From: Candidatus Nanoarchaeia archaeon
GTDB lineage: Archaea > Nanobdellota > Nanobdellia > WJKC01
Assembly (NCBI GenBank): GCA_041653515.1
Contig: JBAZFG010000004.1
Location: forward strand, 6,568 to 70,567
Direction of reading: 5' to 3'
Length of the DNA stretch: 64,000 bases
In this document: piece after piece, positions 9,342-18,602 of the stretch
Layout: each line of letters begins with the position of its first letter
Position numbering within the stretch: the first letter of the stretch is position 1
The notes under the pieces: model-generated
Seen by the model: the letters and a program-made list of their open reading frames with translations, nothing else
Databases searched by the model: none
What the model was told of the DNA's origin: nothing
Position numbers and translations under genes: made by a program

Positions 9342-10688
9342 TTATTTATTTTCTTTAGTTAACCCTGCTGGTTTTTTTGTAACGCCCTGCTTTTTTTTAC
9401 GACGCTGGGGCTGATTAGTAGTTGAAGAGCGACGCTTAGTTTTAGTCATCTTATGTTTATGTAATGCGTAAGTCACGGGGTTATTTATCTTAGCGCACAA
9501 GCCATCAGGAGCGCAGACGCCAATATCCTTATAATTAGGGCTTTTACAATTAGGCGGCATTAAACCACCTTGCTTGCAGGACCAGTCTATCTGAGCTTTA
9601 ATATAACCAGTTCTTAATGGTGATTTATTAGTTTCATTCCATTTTATTAATAATGCTTCAATTAACTCCCAATCATAACCGCACTTGTAATAAAAATTGA
9701 TTAACATGAATAACGCTCGCTTGCGACCATCAGTTAAGCCAGTTAGAATATTATTAATACAAGGAGGAAAGCAATTAGTATTAACAGCAGTTTTAGGTAC
9801 TGTTTTATTAATCATTGACACTGGTTTTTTTTCAGATTGAATTTTATCATGCCAATCAAAGGCTTCCCTGAATAAACGGCTAGCGTCACAAGTTTGTTCA
9901 AGAAAACCTAACTCAAAAGTAATGTTTTCTGGTCGGGCTGACTCAGGGTTAAAGTCAAGCACTTCGCTTGGCTTGATTGGCTTGCTCACCAACCACTTCT
10001 TCTCATTAATACTGTAAGGCGCTCTGATTAAATGCCTTGATGAAATAGCAATTGGATCAATATTAACTACTTTGAATGGGTCAAACTCGTTATTAACTAA
10101 TAACGCACTAGTCTCGACACCCATCTTAACTGCTATATTATTAATTGAACCAGTTCTTAATAACTCATCTTTCAGGAAGTCTTTGATAACCCATTGAATG
10201 TAGGACCCAATCACTCTTAACGCATCAGGGAATAAATTTTTTACTAACTCACCTTTGATTCGTTCAGGATTACTAAAAGACAAACCAATATGAAATCCTG
10301 TGCCGCCGCTAAACTTAATGCTGACTTCTTTAATGTCAAGTATTTCAAGCGCGTCAATAATTAATTTAGCGCATAAGCGTGAGTAATCAATAATTGGGCA
10401 GTCAACGTCAAAAATTAAGTCCCAGCCGCTTCTTAATGAATCAAGTTCTTTGCGGTTCATATCAGCTGACAAGGCCATTGGGTTAGTCCAGTGTTCTTCA
10501 CTGCAATGAAAACTTGATGCTCCACGCCTAATAACATCAAGTAACTCGCCTTCAAAACGGAATGATTGCGGTCGCTCGCCAAAGTAATTGCCAAAACGAG
10601 GGACTACTTCCCTGCCGCGGGAAAACTTTAACATGAAGTTAATGAAGCCCTGCTGTGAATAATATTTGATTAATTCAGAAGTTCTCAT
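9342..10688 (-). CDS. Fused DNA primase PriS-PriL (DPANN type)
   Basis: SFHCSEE, GWDLIFDVD, KFSGGTGFHI, RHLIRAPYS (PriS) plus FPPCI, GRKR, PPNC..C (PriL Fe-S CTD). Confidence 0.92.
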   Translation of the reverse strand: MRTSELIKYYSQQGFINFMLKFSRGREVVPRFGNYFGERPQSFRFEGELLDVIRRGASSFHCSEEHWTNPMALSADMNRKELDSLRSGWDLIFDVDCPIIDYSRLCAKLIIDALEILDIKEVSIKFSGGTGFHIGLSFSNPERIKGELVKNLFPDALRVIGSYIQWVIKDFLKDELLRTGSINNIAVKMGVETSALLVNNEFDPFKVVNIDPIAISSRHLIRAPYSINEKKWLVSKPIKPSEVLDFNPESARPENITFELGFLEQTCDASRLFREAFDWHDKIQSEKKPVSMINKTVPKTAVNTNCFPPCINNILTGLTDGRKRALFMLINFYYKCGYDWELIEALLIKWNETNKSPLRTGYIKAQIDWSCKQGGLMPPNCKSPNYKDIGVCAPDGLCAKINNPVTYALHKHKMTKTKRRSSTTNQPQRRKKKQGVTKKPAGLTKENK

Positions 10689-10723
10689 TAAAATAAATTA
10701 ATTAAGCAACAGCTTAATAAGTA

Positions 10724-11062
10724 TTGTTAATGAAACTAAAAGCCTTAACTAATGAATTACTTGAGTTATTGCCTGGCGCTGTTAAGGAATATCGCACGCC
10801 TGACGGCACGCGGATTGATGTTGCAGTGCCAGAAATAGGTTTGGCCATTGAATTAGAAAATACTTACAAATGGATTGACCGGCGAGTCTTGTTTAATGCA
10901 GTTAAAGCCCAGCGAGCTGGGTTCAAGGATTTAGTGATAATCTACCCGTTCAAGGATGACTGCATTAGGCGGTCATGGGTCATGAAGTATGTTAAGGAGT
11001 TAGGAATTAATTTAACAATAATCAAGCCTGATAAGATTAATAATTTAAAAAAGATAAAATAA
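10724..11062 (+). CDS. Small PD-(D/E)XK nuclease-like protein
   Basis: KEY...GTRIDV.....LAIELE pattern. Confidence 0.55.
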   Translation: MLMKLKALTNELLELLPGAVKEYRTPDGTRIDVAVPEIGLAIELENTYKWIDRRVLFNAVKAQRAGFKDLVIIYPFKDDCIRRSWVMKYVKELGINLTIIKPDKINNLKKIK

Positions 11063-11075
11063 AAATTTAGTAATT

Positions 11076-11486
11076 TTAATTGTTGTCGTCTTCGCTTATC
11101 TGCCCTTCTAATTCCTCGGCTAAGACGGCTGCTTCCTGCCTGATTTTCTTGAGCGTGGCAATCAATCGTTTTTTCTCTTCGATTGATAAGCCAATCTTTA
11201 TGTAAGGCGCGGCTGCTTCCTTGAACTCACTAAGACCAAAGTAAGCGTAAGGCATCTTAGCCATTCGCTTGCTGATTTCAGTGGCAATATCACCCAGTAA
11301 TTTGTTTAATTCTTTCTTAACATCTGAGCGAATCATTGTCTTGCCAGTCTGAGCTTTAATTAATCTAACAACTGCAGCGTTAGGGAAAGGCAGTGAAGCG
11401 TCCTCTTCATCATCTTCGCTGTCAACAACGTCTTCTTCTTTGACTTCTTGTCCGTCAACAACTTCAATATCATCTTGTTTTGCCAT
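11076..11486 (-). CDS. Histone-fold protein with acidic N-tail and C-terminal coiled coil
   Basis: LPFPNAAVVRLIK...MIRSDVKKEL histone-fold signature. Confidence 0.75.
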   Translation of the reverse strand: MAKQDDIEVVDGQEVKEEDVVDSEDDEEDASLPFPNAAVVRLIKAQTGKTMIRSDVKKELNKLLGDIATEISKRMAKMPYAYFGLSEFKEAAAPYIKIGLSIEEKKRLIATLKKIRQEAAVLAEELEGQISEDDNN

Positions 11487-11612
11487 AAAAAAATTAATGA
11501 AACAATGCTTTAAAAAGGTTAGGGTAGGCTACTGCTAAATAAAAGTAAAGGCAACAAAATCAAGGAGAAAATGCCTAAAAAACAGTTTTAGTTAGGCATC
11601 ATTAGGAAAGCT

Positions 11613-12308
11613 TTACACTCGTAAAACAACCTTCTTAAAGTAGGGCTTTAATAACTTGGCAAACTCTTTCAAATCAGCCTCAGAATAAGCCCGCTCATCC
11701 TTATACGACGGGTCAAGCACTTCACCATTACGGAATTGCTGCAACGAGTACAAATCAGAGCCATCTAACCACTCACCAATCTTAATAAAATCATCACGCG
11801 AGTGTAACCTTGGGAGAACAGTAGTCCTAAACTCATAAGGAACGCCACTAGACCGAATAAGGTTAATTGACTCCTGAATATCAGTCAAATTAACCCTAAC
11901 ACCAGCAGCCTCAGAGTAACGCTCAGGACTAGCCTTAATATCCATCGCAAGGTAATCAAGCAATTTAGCATCAATCAAACGCTTAAGGAGTTTCGGCAAC
12001 GAACCATTAGTATCAAGTTTAACTAACAAACCCTTAGCTTTAATCATTTTAATGAACTCATAAAGACCTGAAGAGAGCAATGGCTCACCACCAGTAATAC
12101 AAACACCCTCAAGCCAACCCTTACGCGAGTCAACAAAAGAAAAGAATTCATCCTCAGAAATAACAGGCAATGAACTAACACTATTAATTAATGAAGGATT
12201 ATGACAAAAAGGGCAACGGAAATCACAATTAGGCAGGAACACAGTACAAGCCACCTTTCCAGGATAATCAATTACAGTAGTTTTTTGCAGGCCAACAATA
12301 GAAATCAT
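11613..12308 (-). CDS. nrdG: Anaerobic RNR activating enzyme (radical SAM)
   Basis: GLQKTTVIDYPG, CDFRCPFCHNP, ITGGEP, LDTNGS, YEFRTT; start taken at MISIVG. Confidence 0.95.
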   Translation of the reverse strand: MISIVGLQKTTVIDYPGKVACTVFLPNCDFRCPFCHNPSLINSVSSLPVISEDEFFSFVDSRKGWLEGVCITGGEPLLSSGLYEFIKMIKAKGLLVKLDTNGSLPKLLKRLIDAKLLDYLAMDIKASPERYSEAAGVRVNLTDIQESINLIRSSGVPYEFRTTVLPRLHSRDDFIKIGEWLDGSDLYSLQQFRNGEVLDPSYKDERAYSEADLKEFAKLLKPYFKKVVLRV

Positions 12309-12325
12309 AAAAAAAGAATAATTAA

Positions 12326-12478
12326 TCAGCAACTGCACTCTTCTTGAAGCGCTTTATGCTCACTGAAAGTCTTACGGTGCTTAAACTCCTCTTTTTTACC
12401 ATCATTCCAGTTATTAATCGGCCTAAAATAACCAACCACTCGGCTAAAAACCTCGCACTTAGAACCACACTCACTCAT
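12326..12478 (-). CDS. Stand-alone glycyl-radical domain of class III RNR (50 aa, not in ORF track)
   Basis: Manual translation MSECGSKCEVFSRVVGYFRPINNWNDGKKEEFKHRKTFSEHKALQEECSC; SD GGAGGTGA upstream; overlaps the nrdD stop. Confidence 0.9.
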   Translation of the reverse strand: MSECGSKCEVFSRVVGYFRPINNWNDGKKEEFKHRKTFSEHKALQEECSC

Positions 12479-14969
12479 CTTTTACATCACCTCCTTTTAA
12501 TGCTTTAACAGAAACCATAACAGCGTCAGCAATACTGCTTGACTGCTTATCAGACATTAACGGGCAAGTATGATGCTCACCGCGAATATAACCATGAATA
12601 GGGCAAATACTAAAAGTAGGCGTAATACTAAAGTAAGGCAATCGAGTGTTCTCAGCAATCTTACGCACAAGAGCTTTACAACTATCACCATCAGTCATGC
12701 GCTCACCAAGGAATGTATGAAACATTGTTCCACCAGTATACAATGGCTGAATATCATTCTGATGACTTAAAGCCTCAAATAAATCATCAGTAAAATCAAC
12801 AGGCAACTGAGTTGAGTTAGTCAAGAAAGGATAATCATTACCACTTAAATGAATATCAGGATGAAGTTTCCTATCAAGTCTTGCAAGCCGATAAGAAGCC
12901 CCCTCAGCAGGCGTTGCCTCAAGATTATACAAACTACCTGACTCCTGCTGATAACGCTTTAATAATTCACGCATGAAATTAAGCGTCTCAATAGCAAAAG
13001 CCTTACCCTCAGGCGTTGATATATCCTTGCCTAAGAAATTAATACAAGCCTCGTTCATACCACAAATACCAATAGTTGAGAAATGATTCCTAAATGAGCC
13101 AAGATAAACCTTAGTATAAGGCATTAAACCATTTTTGAGATTACGATTAATTACTTTACGCTTCATCTCCAAAGAATCGCGAGCTAAATTCATGAAATGC
13201 TGCAAACTCTCAAAGTACTTGCGCTTATTACCCTTAGCAATATAGGCCATTCGATTAATATTAATAGTCACCACCCCAATACTGCCAGTACTGTCACCAG
13301 CACCAAAACCACCACCAGGCCGATTCATTAATTCCTTTAAATTAAGGTTTAACCTGCAACACATAGCCCTAATACTCTTAGGGTCGAGATTACTCCCAAT
13401 ATAATTCTGGAAATAAGGAATGCCATATTTAGCTGTAACTTCAAACAATAAATTAGCCACAGGGCTATCCCAATCAAAGTTTTTAGTCAGATTATAAGTT
13501 GGTATCGGGAAAGTAAAAATTCTACCCTTAGCATCACCGTCACGCATCACTTCAAGGAAAGCAGTATTAATAATATCAACTTCAGGCTGACAATCACCAT
13601 AAGTAAAATCCATCTTCTTGCCGCCAACTATTGCAGGCTCATCTTTCATATCCTGAGGAACAATTAAGTCAAAAGTCAGGTTAGAGAAAGGCATTTGACT
13701 GCCCCAACGCGAAGGAATATTAAGATTAAAAATAAGCTTTTGCATATTTTGTTTAACTTGTTTAAAAGTCAGTTTATCAGTTTTAATAAATGGAGCTAAT
13801 AACGTATCAACACTGCTAAAAGCTTGGGCACCAGCAAACTCCATTTGTAGGCAACCAATAAAATTAACAATCTGACCAACAACAACATCCATATGCTTAG
13901 CAGGCACTGTATCAACTTTATTAGAAACACCACCAAAACCTATAGTCAATAAATTCTTCAATGACCAACCAGCACAATAACCAACCACACCACAACTAAG
14001 GTCATGCAAGTGGAAGAAACCATTATTATGCGCATCCCTAATTGGTTGAGAGTAAATCTCATTAAGAGTGTAATTAGCAATTACTTTACCAGCAGTATGA
14101 AGCATCAAGCCAGAAAAAGAGTAATCAGTATTACTGTTCTCCTTAACGCGCCAATCAACTTGGTCCAAGTAATCATTAATAGTGTTATTAACATCAACAA
14201 AGATAGATTTAGACTCCCTTAATCGCTTATGCTCAGCCCGATAAAGAATGTATGCTTTAGCAGTCTTTGCATGACTATTCTTAATAAGCACTTCCTCAAC
14301 AGCATCCTGAACAGCTTCAACCTCAGGGTTGCCGCCAGGGAACTTACGACTTAATAAATTAACAACTTCATCCCCTAAATGATCAGCCAGTGATTGGTCA
14401 GCACCACCAATAGACTCAGCAGCCTTAAAAATTGCCTTAACAATCTTAGCTTTATCAAAATCAACCAAGAAACCTGAACGCTTCTTAACCATTCTTGGTG
14501 GTTCACCAGCAGGAGTATTGAGTAATCTTAATTTCTCAATTTCATGCTCAAAAACATCAACATCCTCAAACATTAAGTGAACACTGGCGTAACGAAGATA
14601 AGCAATCTTATCAACACTACGCAAACCATCCATAATTAATGAACCAATAGTCTTAGTTAGAACCTCATTTTCATTAGATTGTTTAAAAGTTAACTCAATA
14701 TTATTAACAATAACATCAACTTGCTCTTCAGTAACCGAGCGCTTATCACAAGCTTTTAGTATGCTAAGCTTTAATTTATCTTTATCAAAAGATTCACGAC
14801 GACCATCACTCTTAATAACCACTAAATCAAAACTTTCAACCCGTTCATAAGTAGTAAAACGCTTACCACAAGAAGTGCACTCACGACGACGACGCGAAAC
14901 ATCAAAGTCAGAAGTATCCCTTTTATCCACCACTTTTGTTTCATTACTCGTGCAATATGGACATTTCAT
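12471..14969 (-). CDS. nrdD: NrdR-NrdD fusion: NrdR Zn-ribbon and ATP cone, second ATP cone, class III RNR catalytic barrel lacking the Gly-radical tail
   Basis: MKCPYC..ETKVVDKR...RRRREC..CGKRFTTYER and D.IAYLRYASV (NrdR); YCAGWS, FTFPIPT, MCCRL, EATPAEG, YTGGT (NrdD); SD GAGGGG before ATG 14969. Confidence 0.93.
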   Translation of the reverse strand: MKCPYCTSNETKVVDKRDTSDFDVSRRRRECTSCGKRFTTYERVESFDLVVIKSDGRRESFDKDKLKLSILKACDKRSVTEEQVDVIVNNIELTFKQSNENEVLTKTIGSLIMDGLRSVDKIAYLRYASVHLMFEDVDVFEHEIEKLRLLNTPAGEPPRMVKKRSGFLVDFDKAKIVKAIFKAAESIGGADQSLADHLGDEVVNLLSRKFPGGNPEVEAVQDAVEEVLIKNSHAKTAKAYILYRAEHKRLRESKSIFVDVNNTINDYLDQVDWRVKENSNTDYSFSGLMLHTAGKVIANYTLNEIYSQPIRDAHNNGFFHLHDLSCGVVGYCAGWSLKNLLTIGFGGVSNKVDTVPAKHMDVVVGQIVNFIGCLQMEFAGAQAFSSVDTLLAPFIKTDKLTFKQVKQNMQKLIFNLNIPSRWGSQMPFSNLTFDLIVPQDMKDEPAIVGGKKMDFTYGDCQPEVDIINTAFLEVMRDGDAKGRIFTFPIPTYNLTKNFDWDSPVANLLFEVTAKYGIPYFQNYIGSNLDPKSIRAMCCRLNLNLKELMNRPGGGFGAGDSTGSIGVVTININRMAYIAKGNKRKYFESLQHFMNLARDSLEMKRKVINRNLKNGLMPYTKVYLGSFRNHFSTIGICGMNEACINFLGKDISTPEGKAFAIETLNFMRELLKRYQQESGSLYNLEATPAEGASYRLARLDRKLHPDIHLSGNDYPFLTNSTQLPVDFTDDLFEALSHQNDIQPLYTGGTMFHTFLGERMTDGDSCKALVRKIAENTRLPYFSITPTFSICPIHGYIRGEHHTCPLMSDKQSSSIADAVMVSVKALKGGDVKDE

Positions 14970-14992
14970 TATTAAACCCCTCAAACAAGCAC

Positions 14993-15040
14993 ATACTACC
15001 GGTAGTGTTTTTTTAAACAAATACCCACTACATCTTGTTA
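14993..15040 (-). promoter_or_regulatory. Tandem NrdR-box-like operators (14993-15008 and 15025-15040)
   Basis: atactaccggtagtgt and ccactacatcttgtta resemble the consensus acaCwAtATaTwGtgt; 32-bp spacing; located between TATA (TTTATATA, 15072-15079 on -) and ATG. Confidence 0.75.
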
Positions 15041-15168
15041 GTATCGCTAAAATAGTAATAAATCATTCTTGTATATAAACCTATTTAGGGACAAAGTTTT
15101 CTGTTGTCCATTAATATATTTTTTAGTAGTATAGAAAATAAATTTATATACTACAAGCCATACTTCAC

Positions 15169-15795
15169 CTAAATGCTTAATTGGGTAAATGTATCCATAT
15201 ATTTTTTACCATAAACGATTATAACAGCGTTCATTGAGGGTTCCTGCATCCAATAACCAAGGAATTTTGTCTTACTAATCGCTTTATTAGGCTGAGCTTT
15301 TTCAGGTCCAGTCTCATGATAATAAAAATTATTAACATCACAACCAGTTAGCACAACATATTTACCAAAACGCTTCTTAGTGCCAAGGATAACTATCGGC
15401 AAACAACCCTTGTTAATAAAACTCTCAATATCAACCAAGGATAATGATTTTTTCTCAATTAAATTCTTATTACTAACATAATCAAATGACTCACTCAAAG
15501 CCCCAAAATGAGTCTTATCAACATAAGAATTATTAAAAACACTAATAAAAGAATTATAATCAGAAAAAACACTCAAGTCACCAGCAGTAAACAATCGAAC
15601 AAACATGCCAACTTCATCAAAAGCCCTGACTACTTGCATAGGCCAAACCCATAATTCCCTTTCAGGACAAAGAAAAGCATTAATGAACTCCTGCGAGTAA
15701 AAATCCTTTGAAAAGTGCTTAATAACACTCTGCATTGCTGCATGAATACAATGCCACTCATCAGGATTCTTAAAGAATGGAACTGTGCCAATCAT
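15169..15795 (-). CDS. Peptidase C39-like protein, possibly inactive
   Basis: VPFF....W.CIHAAMQ.V, G.LPIV, YVVLTG.D; expected His replaced by K. Confidence 0.6.
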   Translation of the reverse strand: MIGTVPFFKNPDEWHCIHAAMQSVIKHFSKDFYSQEFINAFLCPERELWVWPMQVVRAFDEVGMFVRLFTAGDLSVFSDYNSFISVFNNSYVDKTHFGALSESFDYVSNKNLIEKKSLSLVDIESFINKGCLPIVILGTKKRFGKYVVLTGCDVNNFYYHETGPEKAQPNKAISKTKFLGYWMQEPSMNAVIIVYGKKYMDTFTQLSI

Positions 15796-15885
15796 TAAAG
15801 AGATGACAAACACACCCCTTAAAAGGACCATTCAAAGAAAATGATTAGAAAAGAATATAAACTAATTAACAATAGTTAATTAATT

Positions 15886-16117
15886 ATGATTTTACCACAA
15901 GAACTAGAAGTCTTCCCGAACCGCAGGGGGGACACCCCCCTTCAGTTCATGGCATCTCCTGATTCCCCCCGAAAACGAGGCGACCAATGATTCTTCCACA
16001 AGAACTAGAAGTCTTCCCGAACCGCAGGGGGGACACCCCCCTTCAGTTCATGGCATCTCCTGATTCCCCCCGAAAACGAGGCGACCAATGATTCTTCCAC
16101 AAGAACTAGAAGTCTTC
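15886..16117 (+). mobile_element. Two tandem 71-bp family-B elements, each followed by a 30-bp duplicate of the regulator 5' end (period 101 bp)
   Basis: ATGATT(TTA/CTT)CCACAAGAACTAGAAGTCTTC at 15886, 15987 and 16088; insert core identical to 57919-57971. Confidence 0.8.
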
Positions 16118-16441
16118 TATGTCATCCCCGCAATCAGGCGGGAACTAGCCCTATCCCTTAGCAAAAAAGGCTTTAAACAAAAAAAGATTGCCCAGATTTT
16201 CGGGGTCACTGAAGCCTGCATCAGCAATTACTTCAAATCAAAAAGAGCTAACGAAGTCAAATTCAACGTTAAAATAATCAAATTAATCAATGATTGTGCT
16301 GAAAAACTATCAAAAGGACAAACTTGTTTCATTAACGTTGTCCAAAAAGTTTGCAAAGAATTCAAGAATAGCGAGTGTTTATGCGCTCTTCACGAAAAAC
16401 TTGACGAGCACGTCTGTAAATGCAGGGGGTGCTTAGAATGA
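16088..16441 (+). CDS. HTH transcriptional regulator with Cys/His-rich C-terminus, likely regulator of iscSU
   Basis: PQELEV..VIPAIRRELA, QKKIAQIFGVTEACISNY..KRA; C.LH..C.C. Confidence 0.8.
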   Translation: MILPQELEVFYVIPAIRRELALSLSKKGFKQKKIAQIFGVTEACISNYFKSKRANEVKFNVKIIKLINDCAEKLSKGQTCFINVVQKVCKEFKNSECLCALHEKLDEHVCKCRGCLE

Positions 16442-17562
16442 ATAAAAAAATTTATTTTGATAACGGTGCAACAACAATGACTGACCCGTTAGTGGTTAAA
16501 GCAATGACGCCTTACTTCACTATTGACTACGGTAACCCATCAAGCCTTCATTCTTTTGGCACTAAAGCTCGTGAAGCTGTTGAATTAAGCCGAAAAGTAA
16601 TTGCAACTAAAATAAACGCTAAACCTCAAGAAATAATCTTTACTAGCGGCGGCACCGAAAGTGATAACTTAGCCATCAAAGGCATTGCTGGACTAAAAGG
16701 CAAGGGCCACATAATCACAAGCAATATTGAGCACCCAGCAGTTCTTAATACTTGTAAAAAACTAGAAACTAAAGGATTCAAAGTCACTTACTTAAAAGTT
16801 GATAATGAAGGCTTAATTAACCCAATTGAAGTTGAGAAAGCAATCAGACCAGACACAATATTAGTAACAATCATGCACGCTAATAATGAGATTGGCACTA
16901 TTCAACCAATCAAAGAAATTCACCAAATCTGCTTAAAAAACAAGATACCATTTCATACTGATGCAGTTCAATCATTTACCAAAACACCCTTATCAGCTTG
17001 TAATGCTGACTTAATTAGCTTATCAGCCCATAAGATTCATGGACCAAAAGGGGTTGGCGCATTATTCGTACGCGAAGGATTAAAACTTGAAAGACAAAAT
17101 GACGGTGGTAGTCACGAGCAAGGATTTAGAGCAGGCACTGAAAACACGCCAAGCATTGTCGGCTTTGCCAAAGCAGTTGAATTAACAAACAATGAAGGCT
17201 TAACTGAATTAAGGGATTATATCATTAATGAATTACTCAACATACCTAACTCAATACTTAATGGCTCAAAGAATAAACGCTTATGTAATAATATTAACAT
17301 AACATTCAAAGGAGTTGAAGGTGAGTCATTACTACTCCACCTTGACGCTAAAGGCATTGCAGTCAGCACTGGAAGCGCTTGTTCCAGCCACTCACTTAAG
17401 CCAAGCCACGTGCTAACAGCCATTGGATTAAAACCAGAAGAATCCCATGGCAGCATCAGGATAACTATTTCACGCTTCACAACCAAAGAAGAAATTGACT
17501 ACTTAATCAAATCACTAAAAGAGATTGTCAAAAACTTACGAGAGATGAGTCCATTAAAATGA
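16438..17562 (+). CDS. iscS: Cysteine desulfurase IscS/NifS
   Basis: IYFDNGATT, GNPSS.H, FTSGGTE, HTDAVQ, SAHKIHGPKG, STGSACSS. Confidence 0.97.
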   Translation: MNKKIYFDNGATTMTDPLVVKAMTPYFTIDYGNPSSLHSFGTKAREAVELSRKVIATKINAKPQEIIFTSGGTESDNLAIKGIAGLKGKGHIITSNIEHPAVLNTCKKLETKGFKVTYLKVDNEGLINPIEVEKAIRPDTILVTIMHANNEIGTIQPIKEIHQICLKNKIPFHTDAVQSFTKTPLSACNADLISLSAHKIHGPKGVGALFVREGLKLERQNDGGSHEQGFRAGTENTPSIVGFAKAVELTNNEGLTELRDYIINELLNIPNSILNGSKNKRLCNNINITFKGVEGESLLLHLDAKGIAVSTGSACSSHSLKPSHVLTAIGLKPEESHGSIRITISRFTTKEEIDYLIKSLKEIVKNLREMSPLK

Positions 17563-17930
17563 ATTACAACAAGAAAGTAATGGATTACTTCCTGCACCCA
17601 AAGAATATGGGTGAGCTTGACAAACCTGATGGTGAAGGACAAGTGGGCAACCCAGTGTGCGGCGACGTGATGAAAGTCCAAATAAAAGTCAAGGCAGATC
17701 ACATCAGTGACATTAAGTTCAAAACCCTTGGTTGCGCAGCAGCAATAGCAAGCAGCAGCGCGCTCACAGAATTAGCTAAAGGCAAGACACTCAAGCAAGC
17801 TGAAATGATAACCCGTGATGATGTGGTCAAAGAATTAGGCGGCCTGCCAACCGAGAAAGTTCATTGCTCAGTCCTAGCGCAAGAAGCATTAAAAAAGGCA
17901 ATCAAGAATTATAAAAATAAAAGTTTATAA
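17559..17930 (+). CDS. iscU: Fe-S scaffold IscU/NifU
   Basis: GNPVCGD, FKTLGCAAAIAS, KVHCS. Confidence 0.97.
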   Translation: MNYNKKVMDYFLHPKNMGELDKPDGEGQVGNPVCGDVMKVQIKVKADHISDIKFKTLGCAAAIASSSALTELAKGKTLKQAEMITRDDVVKELGGLPTEKVHCSVLAQEALKKAIKNYKNKSL

Positions 17931-17955
17931 AGACATCCTAAAAATCAATTCAATA

Positions 17956-18564
17956 ATGAAAGAATCAATTTATGATAGACGATATCAAGATTTCAGCAAA
18001 GTAATGATTAAAAACCTATTTGAACTAGATTCAATGCTTAAAGAAACTGGAATCAATTATTTTATTGCTGAAGACACTGCAGTCAGGGCTTATGTTATAA
18101 CTTTAAAGAATAAAAAAATAATTAAGACAAAACCAGACATCTTTAAATTAAAAATTAAAGATGATAATGAAAAAATCTCAAATCTTAAAGACTTAATCAC
18201 TGAATCAAAAAATTTTGAGAATGATCGTTTCAGACCAACTTATCAAATCATATCAAAGCAGTGTGGAATATTTGATTTTAGTGTTGAATTTAATGATATT
18301 GAATTTACTCATAAACAATTATTAACAAACGAGTTAGCAAGCCTACCTGCTCAAAACCCATCAACACTTACCGCATACTTAATTGATAACTTAAATTATG
18401 ATGACCGTGAATTAATGAATATTTATCGAATGTTCACACTCTTTAATAACAAACAATTAAAACCTAATAAAGGATTATTCAACGAACGCATTAAAGAGTA
18501 TAATTGTGAAGAAACGTATAACAAAGTAAAGAACTTATTAAAAATTGATAATCCTTTCAGCTAA
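17956..18564 (+). CDS. Hypothetical protein, possibly a degenerate nucleotidyltransferase fold
   Basis: GINYFIAEDTAVRAY...TKPDI resembles the G.Y.IIGG.AV..Y...TxDID pattern without the catalytic residues. Confidence 0.35.
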   Translation: MKESIYDRRYQDFSKVMIKNLFELDSMLKETGINYFIAEDTAVRAYVITLKNKKIIKTKPDIFKLKIKDDNEKISNLKDLITESKNFENDRFRPTYQIISKQCGIFDFSVEFNDIEFTHKQLLTNELASLPAQNPSTLTAYLIDNLNYDDRELMNIYRMFTLFNNKQLKPNKGLFNERIKEYNCEETYNKVKNLLKIDNPFS

Positions 18565-18602
18565 AAGGATATAAATAATCCAATGATTATTAATTAATCA
18601 TA

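Noticed and set aside
9342..10688. Fused primase as a novelty
   Set aside because: An established DPANN trait; used here only as a taxonomic marker.
14970..15020. 17-aa N-terminal extension of the 849-aa ORF
   Set aside because: TTG start overlapping an operator; an SD precedes ATG 14969, where NrdR homology begins.
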